Positions 41,514 to 50,295 of a stretch of DNA of 64,000 bases are shown one piece after another (within the stretch, counting starts at the first letter, position 1; the number at the start of each line of letters is the position of its first letter). The stretch is from contig CAWDSS010000010.1 of assembly GCA_963805065.1 (NCBI GenBank), positions 407,059-471,058 on the forward strand, read 5' to 3'. A program made the translations under genes and the position numbers. Origin of the DNA: Candidatus Omnitrophota bacterium. GTDB lineage: Bacteria > Omnitrophota > Gorgyraeia > Gygaellales > Profunditerraquicolaceae. A model generated the notes under the pieces. That model did not search any database and was not told the DNA's origin. It was given only the letters and a program-made list of their open reading frames with translations.

Positions 41514-43223
41514 TTAATAGACGTCAACCAAATCAATGCTGCGGTCAAGGATACCGGAAGAAGAGACTATAACCAGGTTTATTTCTTTGGTGCCGGGTGA
41601 GAGATAGGATGCGTTAAACTTTGAGTTTTGGGAAGAAGGCTTCATTGAGCCTATATCACCTGACCAGAGGTATTGTAACTCTACTTGCATGCATCCGCTT
41701 TCCGGTAGATACGCACTGGCAGTAAAATTAGCCTCCTGACCTTTATTTAATCTGTAGGCTGAGGATTTTAAATCCGCTTTGGACATGTTAAAAACGGAAT
41801 TCTGTTTTAATGAAATGTCTAAAAATGTTTTGAGGTTATAATCAATGGGCTTACCTTGTTCAATTTCCTTTAACCTCTCTTTAGCTGATGAAACTGTGTC
41901 CGCAAAATTATCTGCAGCCTTATTTAGCAATTGATTATAAAACTCTTTTGCTTTCGTGTAATCCTCTTCCCACTGGCTAAGCAGGCCCAGCTGGTATAAA
42001 CTGGAAATTGCCTGAGGGCTTAAATCTTTTTCTTCCTTGGCCAATTGTTCAAAATATTGCCTGCCTGATTTTATATCTGCACCAATATAGGTGCTGATTA
42101 TGCCGGCTTTGAAAATTGCCTCATCGCGGTGAGGCGACTGTGTAAAATACTTGATTAAATCCAGATAAATATCCTTAGCCGAAGTATAATCCTTGGATTT
42201 TTCTAAGTTAAAGGCGCGCAAATACATTAGTTCCTGGCCAAAAGATTTCTTTCCACCCAGCTCTTCTATGTTTTTAAATAACTTTTCTGCGTAAGCAGGG
42301 TCATTTAACGCCTGGTCTTTGTAAGAAAACTTTTTAGCGGTATCTATGAGCAGTGGGATTGATTTTTCTTTTGGCAAGGACTTCAAGATCCTTGCAATAT
42401 AGGCATCGTAAAGGGTTTCACTTAAATCCAGGTTACCTTCCTGATAAAAGCTTGAGGCGCTTGCCAGGAGTTCATCGTCTTTCATTTCAGATGAAGCTAT
42501 TGCTTTAGCATAAATTTTGTACAGTTCTCTGGATTTTCCTTTTTCTTCATAAGCTAAAAGCCCGTCCGCAACATCCTTTATGGGTTTTAAATCCCTGGCC
42601 CCTTTGGCAAACTCTGAAGCCGCATTCATAAGGCCCGACAAAGATTCCTCTGCGAAAACATCCTGCTGGTTCTTGTGGAATTGCCAAATCAATAGCCGGC
42701 TGTAAAGATTAATCGGCTCGGTTTGAGATGTTTTGTCAATTGCGTTTTTGGCATCCAGCGTCAACTCTTCCCGGTAGTTGTTGCCTTGCGCAAAATATTC
42801 ATCCCAAAACTTGCTTTCCTCAAGATACTTAAGCTGTTTGAAACGGGTTAAGGCAATATAGTAATTTATAAAAGGCGTAGCTACCTGATTCTTTTGCACC
42901 AAAGATTTCAAGAAATCTACGAATTCGGAATATTTATTATCCTTATAATAAAGACTGCTTAATTCTTCAAACGGCGCACGCAGCGAGTCATTGGTCTTTG
43001 ATTCAATAATCTCCTTGCTTAATGTAACTAATCTATTGTTGTCGTCTTGAGCAAGAACTGAATGACAAATACCAAAGCACAAATGACAAATGACAAATGT
43101 TAAAATAATGGGGACGTTTCTATTTTTCTGCTGATTGGGAGACGTTAAAAATAGAAACGTCCCCATTTTTTTGACCATAGACCATTGGCCCTTCAATGTT
43201 GCTTGAATTTTCAATTTTATCAT
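41514..43223 (-). CDS. secreted TPR-like repeat protein (5' end uncertain: the ORF reads through palindromic repeat copy C and a heptamer array)
   Basis: 569-aa ORF; signal-peptide h-region ILTFVICHLCFGICHSVLA|QDD; helical TPR-like repeats; beta-rich C-terminus. The ATG at 43221-23 overlaps the stop of the upstream gene (ATGA). Confidence 0.5.
   Translation of the reverse strand: MIKLKIQATLKGQWSMVKKMGTFLFLTSPNQQKNRNVPIILTFVICHLCFGICHSVLAQDDNNRLVTLSKEIIESKTNDSLRAPFEELSSLYYKDNKYSEFVDFLKSLVQKNQVATPFINYYIALTRFKQLKYLEESKFWDEYFAQGNNYREELTLDAKNAIDKTSQTEPINLYSRLLIWQFHKNQQDVFAEESLSGLMNAASEFAKGARDLKPIKDVADGLLAYEEKGKSRELYKIYAKAIASSEMKDDELLASASSFYQEGNLDLSETLYDAYIARILKSLPKEKSIPLLIDTAKKFSYKDQALNDPAYAEKLFKNIEELGGKKSFGQELMYLRAFNLEKSKDYTSAKDIYLDLIKYFTQSPHRDEAIFKAGIISTYIGADIKSGRQYFEQLAKEEKDLSPQAISSLYQLGLLSQWEEDYTKAKEFYNQLLNKAADNFADTVSSAKERLKEIEQGKPIDYNLKTFLDISLKQNSVFNMSKADLKSSAYRLNKGQEANFTASAYLPESGCMQVELQYLWSGDIGSMKPSSQNSKFNASYLSPGTKEINLVIVSSSGILDRSIDLVDVY
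43058..43100. repeat. heptanucleotide tandem array (CAAATGA)x3 plus degenerate units
   Basis: gaatgacaaataccaaagcacaaatgacaaatgacaaatg. Confidence 0.7.
43110..43164. repeat. palindromic repeat, copy C
   Basis: GGGGACGTTTCTATTTTT-ctgctgattgggagacgtt-AAAAATAGAAACGTCCCC. Confidence 0.85.
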
Positions 43224-44575
43224 TTGTTTTTTACCTTCCCTTTACTCTTGTTATTTAACACCGGGTTCTTCCAGAATTCCCTCAATACATAATACGCCTT
43301 GCGGGGAGTGCGTTTATTAATGCCGTTTTCCAGTTCTTCCGACAGCGCGGCTATCCCGAACCACTCCTCGTTCATATTCATATTATTGGGCGCTTTTATA
43401 TCAAAATAATAACTGCCGTTGGACCAGCCTGCTTCTGTATCATGTATCTTCCAGCCTTCCGGATTATCTTGATTGTGTTTCCACCATTCATCCGTCCATT
43501 CAAAAGTTGTGCCGCCTATGCAGTTACCAACACCAGTTTTAGTGTTATACAAATTTTCGTAAATCTGGCGCCACTGCCACTCAAGGAAAAATGCCTGCAT
43601 GTTCTGGTCTTCTTTTTTTAAATACGCGTCGTACGCATCAGCGCCGAATTCCGATAAGAGAATTGGCTTATCAAAAGTTGCTTTCAGGGAATTAAACAAA
43701 TTCCCGAAGGTTTTCCCCCGGTAAATTATGCAGGCGACTAAATCTACTTGGGGTGCGAATTTATTGGCGAATTCAAGCCCGATTAATTCTCCGTTGCCTA
43801 AGGCAACGGGATGGTTAGGGTCGATTTTATGAATTTCTCCTGCCAGCTCGTTTACATATGAATAGTAAATTTCTGCCTTCATTGCCTTTTGTTTCTGGGG
43901 GTCTGTTTCCTTGTCTATTTCATCTGTTGACCAACGGTTAACCATCCCTAAGCAGGAATAATTGTTTTCATTGCCCAAAATCCAAAGCAATACTCCCGGC
44001 TCATCTTTATAGAGGCTGACCATATTCAACACGTCTTTTTTAACTTTATCCTGAAATGCCTTATCTCCGTAAAATGGGCAGGGATATTCCCAAAACCCCA
44101 GCCAGTTTCCCAAAATAGTGCGTATGCCGTAAATTTCATAAAAATCTTTAATTACTTTTTTTACTGCCTCGGGATTTTCTCCTGGCTGATAAATCCTTAT
44201 CGTGTTTACGCCCATTTCTTTCATTAATTTTCCATCAACCAGCCAGGGCTTATTGGGATCAGACCACCAGTCATATTCATGATTTTGCCCGATGGGGATA
44301 GGGCTGTAACAGACGCCTTTTACAATGTAGGGCTTTTGGTTTACGATTAGTTGGTAATGGCTGTTTTTGAGTTTTTTTATGAAGACGGCAGGCAGAGGCC
44401 TGGAAGCCATGCCTGAAAGGCAGGTTAAAAAGAAAATGGCACAAGGCACAAGGCTCAGGGCACAAAGTAAACCTTTGGCCCTGAACCCTGGATCCTGAAT
44501 CTTGAATCGTTTAATAATTTTATTCGTACTTAATCTCATCCAGATAGAAAGTTGCGCCTTCCGGATTGTTATCAA
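43220..44575 (-). CDS. GH2-like clan GH-A TIM-barrel glycoside hydrolase (WxLGNE acid/base and LSEFG nucleophile-type motifs), secreted
   Basis: 451-aa ORF; VLLWILGNENNY and PILLSEFGADAY. The 5' leader is encoded by heptamer arrays; an alternative start, MASRPLP, lies at about 44410. Confidence 0.55.
   Translation of the reverse strand: MITIRKAQLSIWMRLSTNKIIKRFKIQDPGFRAKGLLCALSLVPCAIFFLTCLSGMASRPLPAVFIKKLKNSHYQLIVNQKPYIVKGVCYSPIPIGQNHEYDWWSDPNKPWLVDGKLMKEMGVNTIRIYQPGENPEAVKKVIKDFYEIYGIRTILGNWLGFWEYPCPFYGDKAFQDKVKKDVLNMVSLYKDEPGVLLWILGNENNYSCLGMVNRWSTDEIDKETDPQKQKAMKAEIYYSYVNELAGEIHKIDPNHPVALGNGELIGLEFANKFAPQVDLVACIIYRGKTFGNLFNSLKATFDKPILLSEFGADAYDAYLKKEDQNMQAFFLEWQWRQIYENLYNTKTGVGNCIGGTTFEWTDEWWKHNQDNPEGWKIHDTEAGWSNGSYYFDIKAPNNMNMNEEWFGIAALSEELENGINKRTPRKAYYVLREFWKNPVLNNKSKGKVKNK
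44438..44506. repeat. two adjacent heptanucleotide tandem arrays, (GGCACAA)x4 and (CCTGAAT-like)x4
   Basis: ggcacaaggcacaaggctcagggcacaa ... ccctgaaccctggatcctgaatcttgaa. Confidence 0.75.
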
Positions 44576-45719
44576 TGTTAGTTGCCCAGCAAAAACCGCC
44601 GATTACATAGGACATATCCTTACCTTTTAAATCAATGGTGTATTGTGTCCATTCTTTGTTTAATATAGTTGGGCCGATGCTGGCGCTGTCTGAATCAGAA
44701 TACTCGCCCATTATGCCGCCGACTTTAAACTCCTCAATGCGCTCTCCACCTTTGTCTCCGCGCGCCCAAAAGGTAAGTTTCGTGGCTTTGGAAAGATCAA
44801 ATCCGCCGTCAGCCCCACCCCAGTTGTTAGCGGGATTTTGCCAGAAAATACCTGCCCAACGCGCACCCTGCGCAGCCTTGCCGTTGTAAATTATTTTAAT
44901 GCAGGTATCCCCTAAATAAGGATCGTCTTTACAAGCGCCGTCGTATTTTATGTCGCCATAATCGCCCATCCAGCCTGAAGGAATAAAATGATTCTTAGGC
45001 GAAGAACGATCGGAATACACATAAAATGGCATGGCTTCTTGCTTCTTTGACTCGGGTTTCATGCTCGGGTCTGCTTCAAACTTAACGTTATCCAGATAGA
45101 ATGTGCATCCATCAGGGCATAGGTCTGAGGTAGTTACCCAGCAAAAACCTCCGTTAATATAGGAAAGGTCTTTACCGGAAAGGTTAATCGTGTATTCTTT
45201 CCAGGTGTCGGTAAGTTCTACCGGCCCCATTTCAATTGCTGCTGAATCCGGGTACGTCCCCTTGATGCCTCCGACCATAAACTTCTGGATTACCTCTCCG
45301 CCTTTTGCACCGCGCGCCCAGAAAGTTAATTTGGTCATTCCGGTAAGGTCAAAACCGCCTTTTTTGCTGCCCCAGTTGTTAGCCGGATTTTGCCAATACA
45401 CTCCTGCCCATCCCTGGTTTTGTGCTTTCTTCGCGCTGTAGGTAAACTGCATGCAGGTTGTGCCTGATTGCGGATTCTCGGAAAATTGGTCATTCATCTT
45501 AATATCTCCGTAGTCACCCATCCAACCTGAAGGAATATAGTGATTGTTTCGGGCATTTTTATCCGCATAAACCACAAATTCCTTGAGTTTTTCAGTAGCG
45601 GGTGCGGCTGCCGGAGTTGCTGCAGGAGCTGCTGCCGGGCTTACGTTTTTTTCTTGGGCAAAAGCGCACAAAGGCAAAGCCAGAACCACTGCTACTAATA
45701 CTGCCATTAACTTCTTCAT
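44520..45719 (-). CDS. secreted protein with two tandem ~170-aa beta-rich repeats (probable carbohydrate-binding modules)
   Basis: 399 aa; signal peptide LMAVLVAVVLALPLCAFA; two copies of YIPSGWMGDYGDIK...GW/AGxxWQNPANNWG...TKLTFWARG...GGFCW...TFYLDxxK(F/Y)E. Confidence 0.5.
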   Translation of the reverse strand: MKKLMAVLVAVVLALPLCAFAQEKNVSPAAAPAATPAAAPATEKLKEFVVYADKNARNNHYIPSGWMGDYGDIKMNDQFSENPQSGTTCMQFTYSAKKAQNQGWAGVYWQNPANNWGSKKGGFDLTGMTKLTFWARGAKGGEVIQKFMVGGIKGTYPDSAAIEMGPVELTDTWKEYTINLSGKDLSYINGGFCWVTTSDLCPDGCTFYLDNVKFEADPSMKPESKKQEAMPFYVYSDRSSPKNHFIPSGWMGDYGDIKYDGACKDDPYLGDTCIKIIYNGKAAQGARWAGIFWQNPANNWGGADGGFDLSKATKLTFWARGDKGGERIEEFKVGGIMGEYSDSDSASIGPTILNKEWTQYTIDLKGKDMSYVIGGFCWATNIDNNPEGATFYLDEIKYE

Positions 45720-45736
45720 TTCTACACCCCCCTTTT

Positions 45737-45924
45737 TAAAAAGTTAAAACTAAAAAGTAAAAACTCAAAACTGTAACTCAAAACTTAAAAGTTTTGAGCT
45801 TTACGTTGCAGTTTTGCGTTTTGCATTTTACGTTTTGCGTTTTTTACCGCCTCCTTTCTACTTTCCTACTTTTTTACTTTTTGCTTTTAAATTTTTTTAC
45901 TTTTTGCTTTTTACTTTTTACTTC
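45737..45924. repeat. long AT-rich heptamer-periodic tract: A-rich half (AAAAGTA-like units), then T-rich half (GTTTTGC/TACTTTT units)
   Basis: aaaaagttaaaactaaaaagtaaaaactcaaaactg...gttttgcgttttgcattttacgttttgcg...tactttttgcttttaaatttttttactttttgctttttactttttact. Confidence 0.6.
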
Positions 45925-48371
45925 CAGAGTTTCTTATACAAGTAATAAGACTTGCGTAATTGCCTTAAAAACGGGCTTAATTTTCCGTCACCCTGGCCGC
46001 AAATTCCCAGCCACTCCTCATGCATATAACCGTCGGGAAACGGCCCGGTAAATAATCCTTTTGTATCATGCGTGTATGGCTCATAAGCCTTCCACCATTC
46101 ATCCAGCCATTCAAACGCCACTGCGCCGATAGAGTTTCCCGCACCGGTGTGAAATGCCATGTTGTTTTCAATATCCTCCCAGGAGCCCTGATGATACACT
46201 GCCTGGGCTTCTTCAGCCTCATCCAGGGAACTGCCTTCTGCGTATGCAGGGCAGCCATACTCTGTAATAAACACCGGCACATCTGCTTCTTCTCTTACGC
46301 TTTTCCAAAGCCTGCCAAAACCATACTCTCCCCGATAGGCGTTAGTGCCGAAAATATCAATATCAGGCGCATCTTTGCCGAATTTATCCAGGAATAATAT
46401 GTCGCCGCTACAAATTGCTACAGGATGTTCGGGGTCAATTTCTTTAATGTGGTTTGCCACTTCATTTGCGAATTTAAAAAATGCGTCGGGTTCCTTATTG
46501 GCATTACAGGCATAGCCGTAAACATTTTCATTACCCAGGAGCCAGAATAATATGTAGGGTTCATCTTTAAATTCCAGAACCATGTTAGTCACTGACTCCA
46601 TCATGTTTTTCTTTTGCTCTTCATTAGTATAATCTGTGCCCGGGCTCCAGGGTGCGCCTGAACCCAAAGCATATTTACCCAGGAAATCGCCCATAATTAC
46701 CATTATCCCGTAATTATCGTAAAGGTCGCGCATAATTTCCTTATGCATTTTATAAGGGTGGTGATAAATCCTTAGGGCATTTACACCCATTTCTTTCATT
46801 AGCCTGAAATCTCCTACTGCGGGTTCGTCTTTATCCTGCAGATTATTTCTGTTTTTATCCACGAAAGCATCATACGGACCGTCTGCCTTGCCGTTCTTAT
46901 TAAAATCATCCTCCATCCAGTTAGTCATTGTCCCGTTATCCGGAGATTCCCCTACTTTTGTGGGAGCATAAGTCAGGCCCTTGATGACAAACGGCTTATT
47001 ATTAACCAGCAATTCCCAGTCGCCGGTTTCATATTGCACTAAATGCACCCTGCCTTTACCGCGCCTCTTTTTTATGCTCAAAAGGTCTTTAGAGGGTTTT
47101 GGCTTGAATTTATCAAGAATACCGATTTTCACAAACCTGCCCGGGTTAGTAATTGTTATATCATTAGAAACGTCATTATCATAACCATTGATTATTCGGA
47201 TATCCGCATCTACTAATTTGTATCCCAACTGCGGATTCTTATGCAGTAAATAATTTATCTTGGCAATTGCTGCTTGGCCAACATACCAGGGCGTATGCCA
47301 ATAAGTCCAGCCGTAACTCCCCGGGTAATGCACTACAATTGCATAATAACATTTAATCGCATGTTTAATTAGGCCGGATTTTTCCAAAAACAAGGCGGTA
47401 TAAAATAATTTTACTCCCTCTGGCTCAGGCGCATTAGCCCATTTTAAAAACCCTGCTTCCAAATCAGGGGAATGTACAAAATCCCAGTGCGAGCCTTCCA
47501 GCCGCTTTTGTTTCATGGCTGTTTTAAATTCAGGATCCCAGCGCACAGAGCTGGAATTGGGATAAATCCCCTCGCCTACCGCCTGAATCAGGCCTTCCTG
47601 ATCGGTAACCACATATTTATAATCCTTAGTCCCTACGTTTTCAAACTTTCCGTATTTCCCATAATCTACAACATCTTCCTTGCCGGGATCATAGAGGACT
47701 ATTTTTGTGGGCAGCTGGCTTACTTTTATTTTTACTGTTTCTTCAGGCATTGTGCCCGGGCAGGGCGCAGGCAATTTTTCATTGGGATTTAATTTAAGTA
47801 TACTTTCTCTGGCAGCCCTGGCAACAGACCAAAACCAGCCTCTAGGGTCCCAGGCTTGCGCAAAACAATATTTTTCCACCACTACTTTAAAGGCCTTAAT
47901 GGACTCTTCTTTCTTTCCCTGATCCCTGTAAGATTCGCCTTGAATAAAATGCGCTGTGGCAACGTCATTTAATTCTCCCACAGCTTCAATATCCGGCCTG
48001 TTCTTAGGCAGGGATTTTAATGACGCCTGTTCTTTCTCTGCTTGAGGAGTATACAAATCTATTAACTGCTGGGTGTATTTGAAGGTTTCTTCTATGTTCT
48101 TTTTTCCATGGGCATTCCAGGATTTAACGATAAGCTCGCCGGATGTAGGTTTGTCTTGAGCGAATAAGTAGCGACATGTACTAAAACAAAAAATAAGCGA
48201 TAAACAAATAATACATAGGTCGATAGTCGATAGTCGATAGTCGATAGTTTTGAAAGAAAAGGGGACGTTTCTATTTTTAAATAAATAACATAACGTAGTA
48301 AAAATAGAAACGTCCCCTTTTCTTTTAGACCATAGACCCTTAGATTTATTTTTTCTATTTATTTTTTTCAT
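45918..48371 (-). CDS. large secreted GH2-like clan GH-A glycoside hydrolase (N-terminal extra domains plus a C-terminal TIM barrel paralogous to 43220..44575)
   Basis: 817-aa ORF; ILFWLLGNENVYGY and VPVFITEYGCPAY; signal-peptide h-region IDLCIICLSLIFCFSTCRYLFA|QDKP. The leader reads through palindromic repeat D and (GTCGATA)x4. Confidence 0.55.
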   Translation of the reverse strand: MKKINRKNKSKGLWSKRKGDVSIFTTLCYLFKNRNVPFSFKTIDYRLSTIDLCIICLSLIFCFSTCRYLFAQDKPTSGELIVKSWNAHGKKNIEETFKYTQQLIDLYTPQAEKEQASLKSLPKNRPDIEAVGELNDVATAHFIQGESYRDQGKKEESIKAFKVVVEKYCFAQAWDPRGWFWSVARAARESILKLNPNEKLPAPCPGTMPEETVKIKVSQLPTKIVLYDPGKEDVVDYGKYGKFENVGTKDYKYVVTDQEGLIQAVGEGIYPNSSSVRWDPEFKTAMKQKRLEGSHWDFVHSPDLEAGFLKWANAPEPEGVKLFYTALFLEKSGLIKHAIKCYYAIVVHYPGSYGWTYWHTPWYVGQAAIAKINYLLHKNPQLGYKLVDADIRIINGYDNDVSNDITITNPGRFVKIGILDKFKPKPSKDLLSIKKRRGKGRVHLVQYETGDWELLVNNKPFVIKGLTYAPTKVGESPDNGTMTNWMEDDFNKNGKADGPYDAFVDKNRNNLQDKDEPAVGDFRLMKEMGVNALRIYHHPYKMHKEIMRDLYDNYGIMVIMGDFLGKYALGSGAPWSPGTDYTNEEQKKNMMESVTNMVLEFKDEPYILFWLLGNENVYGYACNANKEPDAFFKFANEVANHIKEIDPEHPVAICSGDILFLDKFGKDAPDIDIFGTNAYRGEYGFGRLWKSVREEADVPVFITEYGCPAYAEGSSLDEAEEAQAVYHQGSWEDIENNMAFHTGAGNSIGAVAFEWLDEWWKAYEPYTHDTKGLFTGPFPDGYMHEEWLGICGQGDGKLSPFLRQLRKSYYLYKKLWK
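48219..48246. repeat. heptanucleotide tandem array (GTCGATA)x4, perfect
   Basis: gtcgatagtcgatagtcgatagtcgata. Confidence 0.85.
48257..48322. repeat. palindromic repeat, copy D (extended-arm variant AAAAGGGGACGTTTCTATTTTT / AAAAATAGAAACGTCCCCTTTTC)
   Basis: Loop aaataaataacataacgtagt. Confidence 0.85.
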
Positions 48372-48377
48372 TGAACT

Positions 48378-49226
48378 CTATCCTACAATTGCTCCCTGGG
48401 TTACGCCTTTCACAATATATTTCTGCATCAGCACGTAAACTATTATTATAGGTAAGGCAGTTATGGTTAAGCCTGCCATTAACAACGGATAATTCGTGAC
48501 AAATTCTCCCTGGAATGTCTGAAGCGCAACCTGAAGCGGCATATATTGCTTTGAATCAAAAATTATCAAAGCCAGGATATATTCATTCCACACGTTCAGT
48601 GCGTTAAATACAACCACTACTGCTAACACCGGCTTTGCCAAAGGTAAAGCCACATGCCACCATATTCCTAATTTTGAACAACCATCTATCCTGGCTGCGT
48701 CTTCCAGCTCTTTGGGCAATTTATCAAAAAATGTCTTTAATAAAAATATGCTGGTAGACAACCCCACGTTAATCATGCATAAAATATAGCCTATGGGAGT
48801 ATTTCTCAGATGCAGTTTATTCAATAATACGTACAGGGCAACAAAACTTCCCGGTATAGGAATCATCATCGCTACCATAAACATGAGAAATAAAAAATTC
48901 CTGCCGGGAAAACGAAAGCGTGAAAATGCATACGCTGCCATGGAAGAAATAATCACTATGCCCACTACCACTGATACGGTATATAAAATACTGTTCAGGA
49001 AATACCTGTCAAACCCGCCCTGAATCCAGGCCTGGTAATAATTTGAAATATGGAATGTTTTTGGGATTAGCGAGTTGTCTTTAAATATGGTTTCCTGCGT
49101 CTTGAGGCTGGAAGAAACCATCCACAAAAGAGGAAAGATACAGCTGATTGAGACAGTGATGAGGAAAATGTGTACCAGCGCATTTACGGTTACTCTTTTG
49201 ATTTTATAATAAGCAGTCGTCTTCAT
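48378..49226 (-). CDS. carbohydrate ABC transporter permease (MalG/UgpE-like)
   Basis: 282 aa; EAA loop region LEDAARIDGCSKLGIWWHVALPLAKP. Confidence 0.8.
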   Translation of the reverse strand: MKTTAYYKIKRVTVNALVHIFLITVSISCIFPLLWMVSSSLKTQETIFKDNSLIPKTFHISNYYQAWIQGGFDRYFLNSILYTVSVVVGIVIISSMAAYAFSRFRFPGRNFLFLMFMVAMMIPIPGSFVALYVLLNKLHLRNTPIGYILCMINVGLSTSIFLLKTFFDKLPKELEDAARIDGCSKLGIWWHVALPLAKPVLAVVVVFNALNVWNEYILALIIFDSKQYMPLQVALQTFQGEFVTNYPLLMAGLTITALPIIIVYVLMQKYIVKGVTQGAIVG

Positions 49227-49232
49227 ATGTTT

Positions 49233-50159
49233 CTATTGCATTTGCCGCGCTCTTTTGGAGAAGCGGTATTGGATAAACGATATTATTACTAATACCACGC
49301 CGAAAGTTATGCCTTGTGCGCAGGCATAGCCGAAACGCGATGAACCGCGCATGGAAGCCAATATTCTTAATACAGGAACTGAAGTATAGCCTGCCAACTC
49401 TCCGCCTACCAATCCGATAATCAAAACAAACGCCTGCATGGTTCCCAAAACCGTAAGTATTGCCACCAACACCGCAACCGGTATCATCAAGGGAACTGTG
49501 ACCCTGGTAAAAGATTGCCAGGCATTTGCCCCGTCCACTCGTGCTGCCTCATATAGCTCGCGCGGAATTGTTTGTAATCCTGCCAAAAATATCAAGAATC
49601 CCCAGCCAAAGCCTTTCCAGGAATGCACCAATGCCACAGTTGTAAGGGCAGTCTTGGGATCTGAAAGCCAGTGATGCACTAATTGCGGCAGGCCCACACT
49701 AACCAGCATACGGTTAATAATATTAGCACCATCAACATCGTTGATAATAAAACGCCAGGCCATGCCGACTACTATTTCCGATAAAACAGGCGGAATGAAA
49801 AATATCATCCTGTAAAAATTCTTCGCACGTATTTCTCTGTCGCAAGCCCAAGCCAGAAGAAAAGCCAGCGCGTTCTGGAAAGTCAGGGCGATTAGTGTAA
49901 TGTAACCTGCGTTCCGCATGGCTTGCCACCAGCTGGGGTCCTGTAAAATTATTTCTTTGAAATTGTTAAAACCGACAAATATCTTGGTGGGCAATATGCC
50001 GTCCCAGTCATAAAGGCCCAATTGGAACACCCAGATAAAGGGTATGATATAGAAAATTACAAATATTGCTACGGCGGGGAGAACAAATAAATAGTTTTCT
50101 AAAGTGGATTTTATCCGCATATAAAACTTTATTAATTGTAACTTAATGTCAAATGACAA
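49233..50159 (-). CDS. carbohydrate ABC transporter permease (MalF/UgpA-like)
   Basis: 308 aa; LYEAARVDGANAWQSFTRVTVPLM. Confidence 0.8.
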   Translation of the reverse strand: MSFDIKLQLIKFYMRIKSTLENYLFVLPAVAIFVIFYIIPFIWVFQLGLYDWDGILPTKIFVGFNNFKEIILQDPSWWQAMRNAGYITLIALTFQNALAFLLAWACDREIRAKNFYRMIFFIPPVLSEIVVGMAWRFIINDVDGANIINRMLVSVGLPQLVHHWLSDPKTALTTVALVHSWKGFGWGFLIFLAGLQTIPRELYEAARVDGANAWQSFTRVTVPLMIPVAVLVAILTVLGTMQAFVLIIGLVGGELAGYTSVPVLRILASMRGSSRFGYACAQGITFGVVLVIISFIQYRFSKRARQMQ

Positions 50160-50168
50160 AACTCAAAG

Positions 50169-50232
50169 AAAAGGGGACGTTTCTATTTTTAACGTTTCCT
50201 AATCAGAAGAAAAATAGAAACGTCCCCTTTTC
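50169..50232. repeat. palindromic repeat, copy E (extended-arm variant), itself nested inside a 12-bp outer inverted repeat
   Basis: Loop aacgtttcctaatcagaag; outer CAAATGACAAAA (50143-54) / TTTTGTCATTTG (50279-90). Confidence 0.85.
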
Positions 50233-50295
50233 TTTGGTTGTCGAATTACTTAGATTAAGGGATTTATTTTGACGTTGGGATTTTGTCATTTGTTA

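Noticed and set aside
44277-44465. 62-aa minus-strand ORF overlapping the heptamer arrays
   Set aside because: An alternative frame of the (GGCACAA)n array inside the 5' leader of the GH451 ORF. It exists only because 7-nt repeats are open in several frames.
45977-46282. 101-aa minus-strand ORF in an alternative frame
   Set aside because: Nested out of frame inside the 817-aa glycoside hydrolase gene.
14283-50232. Possibility that the five palindromic elements are a CRISPR array or tRNA-like genes
   Set aside because: The copies are dispersed 5-23 kb apart with no regular spacers; each is a self-complementary hairpin rather than a direct repeat; no cloverleaf or T-loop consensus.
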